From Vermamoeba vermiformis (taxonomy: Eukaryota), in contig JBEWZL010000205.1 in assembly GCA_045837725.1 (NCBI GenBank), positions 1 to 64,000 on the forward strand: a stretch of DNA of 64,000 nt, written 5' to 3'. The notes beneath the pieces are model-generated. The model was not told the DNA's origin, made no database searches, and saw only the letters and a list, made by a program, of their open reading frames with translations. Each line of letters opens with the position of its first letter. Positions within the stretch are counted from its first letter, which is position 1. This document shows, piece by piece, positions 40,903 to 51,046 of the stretch. The position numbers and the translations under genes were made by a program.

Positions 40903-43612
40903 TTACAAGACGGAAAACGGTTGCAAGCTAAATCCAACCCAAGATCCGCTCTCGTTGAGGGAATAGACAGAAGATTGAACTTTTACCGACAACGGAGACT
41001 TGATTTCGAGGGCAGTCACGGTCACAGAAGTGCTAGTGAATTGAATTTGCAACGTGGCATCGCGGAAGTGCACGCCGCGCATGGTCATTGCAGTGGTGTT
41101 CGGCGGCAAAGTGGGGTTGACATATAGCTCATTTTCTAAGATGCGAATGCCACCCCAGCCGAACAGAATGGACTGCAAGAAGCCTCCTGCACCTGTGATG
41201 AAATTGACCGCCCCACCTTGTGGAGTCTCAGTCCACACGCCAAAAGGAGCCTAAGCTGATTAGCACTTGGCAATGGAAAATTAGGGGGACGCTTACTTGA
41301 TAGTTGGCGTAGGCTCGGGGAAATACTTCCACAGCCTTGTTGTATTGACCAAGCTCAAGTCTCGAAATAACTTCCATGGAGTAGGTCATGGCTGGCCCAT
41401 TCTCGTCCGTGCGTTGTGAGTAGTAATCGAGGTCATTGAGTCGTACTTGCTTGCTCATTGGGAAATTCAAGGGGAAGCCAAGCAATATGACGTCAGCCTA
41501 GCAAGCCACCAATCAACATCGATTACAACAGGAAGTACTCGATAACTTACTTGCTTAATCTTTTGACCTTTGTAGCCGTCAAACTCAAGATGAACTTGGT
41601 TCACATTGTCGAAAGGAATCTTGATTTTGTTGCTGATGTCAATCCACTTCTGAGGTACCTCATCACCGACCATTTTCGCAACCTTGACGGCAAAATCTAA
41701 GGACATCTTTGCCACGACGTTGGTATAGACTGCACTTGGTTAGTACGTGAGAGTTCTACAGGTTAATTGCTTACCGCTGTTATTTCCAAAAGCATACTCA
41801 TCGGGAGGAATGACGTCGTTAATGACATAGACTCCATTCTCGAGCTGAGCTTTACTGGCCCAGAACTTAGCAATGCCACGAACAACCGGGTACGCGGTGT
41901 TCAATAGCCAGTTGGTGTCTTGGGTGAGCTCCCAGTATTGTCTAATGGCGAATGAAATGTCACCACTGATGTGTTGCTCGTACTCTCCAGTTGGAGCATC
42001 AGAAGGACACGTTTCTTGGCCGGTGAACGCAGATTCCCAAGGGAACATCGTACCTTCGAAGCCTTGATTGTAGCTTAGTGCCTTAATCATAGCGCCGTCT
42101 TGGTGGTTGATGCGATACTGCAACAAATTGTCTCGAGCGATTTCAGGGAAAAGAACTAATAGACCTGGATACATCCACGTCTCGGTGTCCCAGAAAGTGT
42201 GGCCGCTGAAGAAAGGTCATTAATTTGTAAGTTAGCGACGCAACGTACTTGTAAGAGTTTGATGCCAATCCACCAGGGGAGAGAGACCAAGGAACGTCTT
42301 GACGAGCACTGCTCAAAAGATAGTACAGCGTACTATTTACAACCTACAGGCTGTCAGAGAAACGGCGCGCAGAAATGGCACTTACTTGTCCCAGGGGAAG
42401 ATTGCCAGCGAACTCGATTCTTGACTCCCAGAGCCGAGCCCATTCTTGCACGTGACGAGGTTTGAGGTCGGCGAGCGATTGTTTGGCGTTGTAATGCTCA
42501 ATTGTGGCGTCGCTTAGAGGGTCTGTTGAGTCCAGGCTGGTCTTGATGGCTGTGATGTAGGCGAATGTAGTCCGCTGACTTGCCATGACAGGAAGCACGT
42601 TAGGAATTACGCTCGACACTACAGCTACGGTAACGCTGTGCAAAATTAAGCTTCGGTATCCATTGTATGTTGACTTACAGTTCGGATGTTGGATATTCAG
42701 CCTCAACCGTTTTGCCTAACTGCCGCAGGATAGTGGTGTCGTTGCGCCAGTAAGATTGCGTGGCGAGATTGATATCAGCACTTGCTTTCCCTGATGTACC
42801 AAAATAAATACGGTAATACACAATACACAACGACGTACCTGCGTTAAGATTTAGAGCCAATTTCACGTTTCGTTGTTCTTGCGAATTGTCAACGTAAATT
42901 TCGTGGACAAATAGTGACTTGTCTGCACGTGATGCGTACCATCGTTGTTCGATAAGGGTAGCATATCCCGGCAGTGTGAGTCTGATATAAACAAAATGTG
43001 AGCTGGACGACATTTTGGTGCAAACAAGTTACCTTCTATAATAAATTGCTTCTTTTAAGTCCAACGCCGCGCAAGTAAAGTTTCCGTTAGCAACAGTAAC
43101 TGAGTTGGTTGCTGGAATGCGAGCGCGGTGGGACGGACCCTTTGACACGTGTCAGATGCACCGCTTGAAAATAGTTAAATCGATCATACCGCAACATTTA
43201 CTCCCGAAAATACTCCAGCTACGTATATGGCGTCGCTTCCAATGACTGACGATAAATAGCCATTTCCCACTAAAAAATCAGATCAGAATCTAGAATGTTC
43301 GAAAGGTACCAACAGCAATAATCAGAAAAAAATTAATTCGATTTAAATTAATGTTTGGGGCACTTAAAAGCTTCAAAAAAGATCAAAAGGTTTTTTGGTG
43401 GTTGGTAGATTTGCGACTCGTTCATTTTTTAATTCTGCTAGAGTAATCATACCTGTTGCCATTAAATACTGATTCGGTTCTGCTGTTGCAAAAAGCATAT
43501 TTCCTTGATCTATTTTAGCTCTCCATTCTTGTGGGATCGCTTGATCAGCGCACATAGCCTCTAGTAAAAAAATAACTAACAAAATGAGGCCAACTTTAGC
43601 TTTGCCCAGCAT
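40903..43612 (-). CDS. glycoside hydrolase family 65 (PGGHG/acid trehalase-like), secreted
   Basis: Motifs GHTFWDTETWMYP, GTMFPWESAFTG, EQHISGDI, VIPPDEY, KIKQADV, GPAMT and NFITGAGGFLQ. Confidence 0.92.
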
Positions 43613-43728
43613 TGAATTGTGGTGATTTGCTTGCTTGCTGTTAAAAAATCTTCGTTTGTGTGATCTGCGGCCACGTGTTCAGAAAAATCACGGAGAGACC
43701 TGACAGAAAAAAATGTTTATTGTGCATC

Positions 43729-45612
43729 TTATTCGTGTTTCACCTTTGTAAAGCCGATGGCGAACCGGTCATTTCTTCCCTTCCGCTTCCACAGGTTATC
43801 GAAGAAAGACTGCGTGTCCGCATCTACGTGTTGATCTGCGTTCGCTAACTCCTCCACAAGTTTTTCACCAGCAAGTGTTTCAATCATTGTTTTGAACTCT
43901 CCGTGCAGTACTTGATCGTCGGTTAGTACGACAAAGCTGCCTTTGTTTACCAAAGCCTTTTGAACCTTCTTCATTAAGGTGGAGTTGACGAAGCTCGTGT
44001 TCTCGACGTCGTCGTAGCTGGCAGGTGGATCTGGGAAGTTGATAAAGACTTTGTCAATAGAGTCGCTCGGGAGTGCGTCTAAGACGCGGTGAACATCTCC
44101 GCAGATCACAGTGATGTTTTTTTCGAGTGACGGTACGGCTAACTTTCTCTTCAGCCATATTTCAAATGAGCGCTCGAATCGCTTTTCAATGGCAACCCAG
44201 TGATAGGAGGAGTCTTCTGATGCTTTCTTTGCCAGCCAGTGTCCTGAGCCTGGTCCGATCTGAATCGTTCAAGTGAGTCTTTTGCGCTTAACGAACACAA
44301 GCTATCTAGTTACCTCGACGGCCAATTTTGATTTCTTAGCAAACTTTTTTAGCTCTTTTTTCAATCGAGAGGCCAAATCGTCTCCGTTATCTTCCTCAAC
44401 GATAAACACTCGCGGATCACTTCTGAAAGCCGCAACTTCGAGCTCATCCTCGTCAACTTCGAGCTCCATTTTATCGCCATCTACTGTCTTCAAGTATTGC
44501 ACAATTTGATCTTTGTCGCGAATATTTTCGACGCTCATTTTGTCGTCTGGCATGCGTGTCTTCAGCTGCTCCAAGATTTTTTCAGCATCATTCTTGCGCT
44601 TGGTTATCGCACAAACGCTTGCTAGCAGTATATATAACATCGGCTCGATTTTGTAATTGGCGGTGGGATCTTCGTCTTCGTCATCTTTTTGTTTCTTTTT
44701 GTTATCCGGCTTTTCGGCGGAGCGATCTTCGTAAGTCTGCTCGGGGTATTGCTTCAGCAAGCGGTTGAAATAGCGCAGCGCACGATCCACTTTCAGCTCT
44801 TGGGCGTACAGCTTGCATAAAATTGCTTGCGCGATCGGGTCGTGTTTCAACCCTTGTTTTTTCATCTTCTTGAATATTTTCTTCGCGCTAGCCAAATTTC
44901 CAGATCTAACACACGCTCTCAAGATAGTGTTATATGTACGACGATTCGGAACAATGCTGCTCTCCTCCATTTCTTCCACCAATTTAACTGCTTTCGCAAG
45001 ATCCGAGTTCGAATATCCCTGAATGTAATTGGTAAGTATTATTGTTTTTGCAGTTTTTTTAAGTCCATACCTTAATCAAAATCGTGTAAATAATCTCATT
45101 TAATTGGACTTTTTGTGCCTTCATTTCGTCGAAGTATTCTTGTGCCTTTCTCATCGCGCCGTTTCTGACGCACGCGTTAAGAATTGCCGAGTAAGTAAAC
45201 AAGTTAGGCGTAAGACTCTATATGAATAGGTTAGTTGGTTGACACGTTAATCGAAGCTTTGATCCTTTTACCTGCGATTTTAGTTGATCAAATAATTGAA
45301 TGGCACTGTGCAAATTCCTACGCTTAGCACATTCGTTGATGATAGAGTTGTAGTATTTGACATTCTTGCGGATTTTAGCGTTTTCCACGATCTGATCGTG
45401 ATCCAGATTCGATCAATAAATTTAAAATTATTTAGATAATGTTGCAAAATATTTACCTTATTAAATCGATTGGTAGCCTTGTTCTTGCTCTTTTTCTTTT
45501 TTTTCTTCTTCACGATCGGATTTGTTTTTGGGTCGTTGTTGGAAGCACCAGATAACTCGGGAAATTTATCTGCTTCTTGGATAACCTTTTTGATCTTAGC
45601 GTTTCGTTCCAT
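43729..45612 (-). CDS. PPR protein with C-terminal TrmB-like tRNA (guanine-N7) methyltransferase domain (PPR-TGM)
   Basis: PPR motifs (PNLFTYSAILNACVR, PNRRTYNTILRACVR) followed by VEIGPGSG, AIEKRFER, INFPDP and VLTD. Confidence 0.85.
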
Positions 45613-46148
45613 TTGTGCAATTACGTTCGAAAACAAAGAAAATGATTGATGATTTTATTTTACTTCGCCTTGTTAACGAATTACCATACACCACCAATGC
45701 CCTGGTACTGCAATATTGTTAATAATAGCGAATGTATACCAAATCCTAGCCTCGGTGAACCACCAACGATTTTAATAAAACGGTTGATCGAGATGAGGTA
45801 AGATAGAGTATTGAAACTTTTCAACATTTAAAAATGCACTTAATAAATTAAATAATTATTATTATGAGTCTAAAAATTAAAATATTATTATTGAAAAGAA
45901 ACTATCAGGATGACCAGAATGAGTTCTTGCTTAGTCGCCTCTTCAAAGCGGAAACAGCCATCTTGGCGATATTAACGGCGATAGGTACGGCATATGGTAA
46001 TATAGAATAAGTAAATTATAATTAGTGACCTCAAGCTTTGCGGCAAGGACGTTAATTGCGAGTTTCGCCCTCTTGTTGCCAAGCGCGTTAAAAACTGCCC
46101 GCTGCGCAACAGTTCTGCCCGTAGACGGCATCGAGTCCTTGATCCTAC

Positions 46149-46326
46149 TGTTACCGCCAGTTACAACGACACAAAGACCGAGAACTCGCCGACCAAGACC
46201 CCCTCCCTAGCCGTACCCCGTGCAACTCCTGGGTTAGGGTCCCCTGGTTAGGGGTTAGGGGTTAGTGTGGGGCTGGGGGTAGGTGTTGGTGCGTTCTCGG
46301 GGCGTGTTTTGTAACTGGCGGTAACA
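46149..46326. mobile_element. 178-bp non-autonomous TIR element (TG..CA ends, 5-bp TSD) with TTAGGG-like repeats
   Basis: TGTTACCGCCAGTTACAA (46149-46166) and its perfect reverse complement (46309-46326). CCTAC flanks both ends (46144-46148, 46327-46331). Confidence 0.85.
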
Positions 46327-46809
46327 CCTACACCGAACCATAAGTACGGATGAGTGTTATCGCCTGTATCAACAGAAGCTGAGATTCGCGCGAATGCTGC
46401 ATATTAGGGTACGTTATAAGCCACTTACATAAAAAATGCCCGCTACTTAATTACATAAGTATACTACCTGACCACGTGCTGGATCGATCGCATTTCAAAG
46501 ACTTTAACTTCCGAAATCTTGTCTGCCGTAGTATCAACCGACTAAACAATTATTATTAATAATTATGACGCCGCTAAAATTAACTTTCGAAGTGCACAAC
46601 AGTGTACCAACACGCAAGTCTTTGAAATGCTCGATCCAAGATACCGATTGTGACTTTGGTATACGGGTTAAATTTAATTGAAAATACTTTTAGATTTGGT
46701 TAGAGTAATTTTATTTGAACGTTGTAAATTGCCTAAAAATAGTAAGTATTAAAGATTGCTTTTTCGAAACAAACCATTATTTACCGTTTGACTTTACAAA
46801 GCCAGAGCG

Positions 46810-49357
46810 ATGAAACTGCTATTACTCGCGACTATTGCCTTACTGGCTTACCAAGCGCAAGCTGGTGCGTTTAAAAAGGATTCTATCATACTCTTGGGAA
46901 CTGAGGGATCCACTACCTCTCAGACATCTACCGTCGTATTGAAAGAGTACCGATATGATGGACTTCTCCTTCAAACAATTACTCTGGGTGGGTAAGTTAT
47001 CAATCCATCCGTTAACAAAGACTTAGTGATTTATTCCGATTCCAACGATACTCTTGATTTCCTCTCCGCATAATACTTAAATTATATATACAGTGTTAAT
47101 TGCCACCCTTTTGTAATTTGCATGCAATTATTAAATTGATTTAAAATTAAAAAGATTTTGTTTCTAAATCCGTCTTTTTTTAGGTACGTTTATTCAAAAC
47201 AAAACGTGCACAAAATTATGCTCGACTACGCGGGTAGTATGTTAGCTATTGGTGTCTTAGAAGGTGCTCCTGGCCTTGCCTCCACATCTGGAATGCCGCG
47301 AGTTGCATTGACCATGAACGCGAACGGCGCAATTGTGGATCGCACCAAGATCACCGATTTCAGCAATCAAGATGCCAACTTTTACTTCGCAGTGCATAAT
47401 GGACAAGATATATGGCTTGGATATGACGGCACAGTTGGATACACGACTCGTGGGGCGACATCATTGATTACTCCTAGCGTCTCCTCGAGAACCAACATTC
47501 AATACGTACAAATAGTCGGTAACACGTTCTTTACTTGCAAGGCGCAATCTGGCTTCGCCTTCTGGTCCATGCCCTCACCTCCGAAAGTTTACAGCGCCGA
47601 CTATCCTTACGGGTCCTCCGTTCCTTACACTGCAGTTACAGCTTTCTCTTCCACCATTTGGTACGGTGCAGGGGCAGGAAAAGTGGCAAAGATGGAGGCA
47701 AGTGCAAACGGTTTTACCGATATTTATGCAACTGGCGTTGATACTTTCTCTTCGCGTTCGGTCATCGCGAGGCAATTTGGCATCGTGGTCTATGTCTTCG
47801 TACTGACGACTGATGGTTGGATCTATCGCTACACTGATAGCGGCAGCGGATTTACTGAGAGAAGAGATATTATTTCTGGTGATGGTACTGCATCCGCGTA
47901 TCTCGCTTTCTCACCAAATCCGAGCTGCGATGACTCTGGCAAGAACCAAGACGAGACTGACATCGACTGCGGCGGCGCATTGTGCAATAAATGCGATGAT
48001 GGCAAGATCTGCGCGGTGAATGCTGATTGCTATAGCGACTACTGCAATCCTAACCAGAGATGCTGTACGTATCAAGAGAATGTACGGCTAATGCATAGTT
48101 ATTAACAATCTTGCATCTAACAGCTACTCCGAGTTGCTCTGACGGCTTCAAAAACCAAGTAGAGACTGATGTAGATTGTGGCGGTGGCACGTGTTCCAAG
48201 TGCGCCAATGCCAAGACTTGCAGCGCTCACACCGACTGTACAAGTGGCTTCTGTAATCCCAATACAAATAAGTGTGGTACGTACAAAGGAAATCGAAATT
48301 ATCACCTTCCTAATATGTCTCGTAGCCGCGCCAAGCTGCTCCGATACGTTCAAGAACGGAGACGAAACTGATACTGACTGTGGAGGCTCTTGCTCCAAGT
48401 GCAGCATTGGCAATACTTGCTCAATCAATGGTGACTGTGCGAGTAATAAATGCTCCGGCAACAAGTGCGGTAAGTTATAACTGACTCCAGTGTCCGACAT
48501 CAAGCTGATTGTACTTGTAGTGATCAGTTGTTCTGATGGAGTGAAGAATCAAGACGAGACTGACATTGATTGTGGCGGTGCGACGTGCTCGGCATGCGTT
48601 AATGGCAAGAGCTGCTTGCTTGGAAGTGACTGTACGAGCGAGTACTGCAATCCCGACAACAAATGCTGTAAGTACACTCAATGATACGACCCAAGCATGG
48701 TACTAACACTTGCTTCAGCGACTCCTTCGTGCTCGGACGGCTATTTGAACCAAGACGAGACGGACATTGATTGTGGTGGTTCCTGCAGCGACTGCGCGGT
48801 AGGACAAAATTGTTTATATGACACCGATTGCTTGAGCAAAAACTGCACAGACACCAAGTGCCGTACGTAATATTCTGCTATTGCCAAGAAATATCCTAAC
48901 TTCAAAATTCTTAGAATACAGTTGTGTTGATGGCGTACTAAACCAAGATGAATCCGATATCGATTGTGGTGGCAGTTGTGCAACTAAGTGCGCCCTCAAC
49001 CAAGTTTGCCATAGAGACAGCGATTGTCAAAGTGGGTTCTGTCCCAACGCATCGTGCAGTATGTGATATGACTTTATTTTGAGAATCAAATTCACTAATG
49101 ATTCATTAGTGAGCCCACCTGTTGCAGGTCCTGTTGCACCACCTGACAACTCACCAGTGCCCTCGCCAATAGCCTCTCCTTTTGCTGATTCCACTCCTGA
49201 TGATGGCTCTGCTCCTCAGATTGATGCTCCTCAATTTGGCAATCTACCAGTTGCAGTCCCCAAAACAAACACTCCAAGTCAAAGCATTGTGTCTGGTGCT
49301 TTCACTCTCAACAGTATGAGTTTCATGCTGATTGTGGTATTTGTATGCTATTTGTAA
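46810..49357 (+). CDS. secreted/GPI-anchored protein with six Cys-rich C.DG.KNQDETDIDCGG repeats
   Basis: Signal peptide, beta-rich N-domain, six repeats mostly one per exon, Pro/Ser stalk and hydrophobic tail. Confidence 0.85.
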
Positions 49358-49649
49358 AAGAGAGGACTAGGTCAAATAAATACATATTGATTGCTAATTG
49401 CACACTGCTCCAAGGCAAAAGTAGCCAAAATTCTGACAAATTGCCCAAGCTTAAATAAATTTTTAGTGGTGTCAGTTTTTGTGCAAAATTTTTGGCCAAA
49501 TGCAAAAGTGCATGAATGAGACTTTTTTGCAATCTCATTCATCTGATTTCATCACAAAGAAAAAAAGACACCTTGAGCATTCTCAATCACAGCTAACATA
49601 CTAACTTTAGTTTTCAAATCATCAATTTCACTTTTTCATTTGGCACTAG

Positions 49650-50550
49650 GTGAGTTGCTTTTTTGTCTGTGAGAGCAATCTGAGCTTGCAAACTATCAGT
49701 AGTGTTTGGTTATCTGTACTCTCCAGCCAGGTATTTTTAGGTGGCAAATGAGTGTTTGTCATTCAATGTGGAAAAGGGCTTGGCCATATGGTGAGGTCCC
49801 CAAGTCTCATGTTTGAGAAAGTACCACTATGGGAAAACTAGGGTGCATTAAAAATGAGAGTATGTACTTTGGTATTGATGTTTGTGCACAATTCCACTTG
49901 TTTTCATCAAAGATCAAGCACAAGTATCATGGTATGGCCCTGCACACACAAGTTAATGTGGAAATTGGGTATGTGTCAACAATTTTAATTTGTTACTAAT
50001 ATGAAAACAATACAGCACCATTGACCAGAAGTGGTGTATTTATGCCTGTTTCCCACAATTCAAGTACACTAGCAAGCAGAGTAGCCAATTAATTTATGCA
50101 TTTTATTGAGATGTGTTTACGTCCAAAAATTAGCTGTTCATTTTTTTTACGATGCCACCCATCCACCACAAGTGATGGTATTATATTTTATTGTTCCCCT
50201 TGTAATAGTGCCAGTAATTAGGGTGATATTCATGGAGCTGAGCTACTGGAATGGCATCCACTCGTAAGTATTATTATTTAAACATTTAATACATAATTAA
50301 TGCTATAATTATTACAATTTTATTTGCAATTAAAAATAATATCTCAATAATTTTTGTTCAGGATCGACAATTACCAACAGCCAGAATTTTTAGAGGTTGA
50401 GTACATTGATGAAGAAAACAATAAGTAAGTGATCTCCTCACTATCCTCACTGCTGTCCTAGCTTTCATACTCATAGTTGTCATTTTCATATCTGTCAGCT
50501 TCTTTTAGGGGCAGATTCCCTGGCGAACGAAGTGAGCCAATGGGGGGTTT
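49650..50550 (+). CDS. possible small multi-exon gene or pseudogene of unknown function
   Basis: A series of GT..AG introns bound short open exons (IKHKYHGMALHTQVNVEIG, TIDQKWCIYACFPQF, VIFMELSYWNGIHS, IDNYQQPEFLEVEYIDEENN). No complete frame was reconstructed. Confidence 0.35.
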
Positions 50551-50936
50551 AGGGGGGCTTGCCCCCCTAATAATGATAAGAATCACCATATTATATGGCT
50601 GTACATGCATATTAATATGAAATAAAGCAGTAAAATTGCCGAAAATGGCCGAAAATGCCTGCAAAATGATCTTAAGGGGCGTTAGGGGCGCGAATGCGGC
50701 CCCTTTAATTATGGGGGGTTTAGGGGGGCTTGCCCCCCTAATAAGAAACATAATACTCCAGGCTAATACTTGTACGCACTATTGCTGGCAAAGCCTGTAA
50801 AATACTACATGAGACTAGCACAGATAGCCACAAAGTTAAAAGGCAGGGCCAAGAATTTGGCCTGCCTTTGTTTCAAAGTAGTGGAGCAATAAGCATGCTT
50901 AATAGTTCCAGGCAGGGCCAAGAATTTGGCCTGCCT
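50540..50936. repeat. two pairs of duplicated hairpin motifs
   Basis: ATGGGGGGTTTAGGGGGGCTTGCCCCCCTAATAA at 50540 and 50711; AGGCAGGGCCAAGAATTTGGCCTGCCT at 50841 and 50910. Confidence 0.9.
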
Positions 50937-51046
50937 GCAGTCAAAAAACGAGCAAATAAAGTAAAATGATAGTTTATTTATCTATAAAGACTGTATAAGA
51001 CTGTATATAGTAAAAAGATGAAGAATAAAGCAGGAAAATTTAGTTA

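Noticed and set aside
45670-45725. Minus-strand GCATTGGTGG (tRNA-Gly-like start) and TATTGCAGTACC (U2-like loop)
   Set aside because: No cloverleaf, T-arm or other U2 elements could be built.
50458-50751. 97-aa ORF over the hairpin repeats
   Set aside because: The translation simply mirrors the duplicated DNA motif (RGASPPKPP twice); there is no coding evidence.
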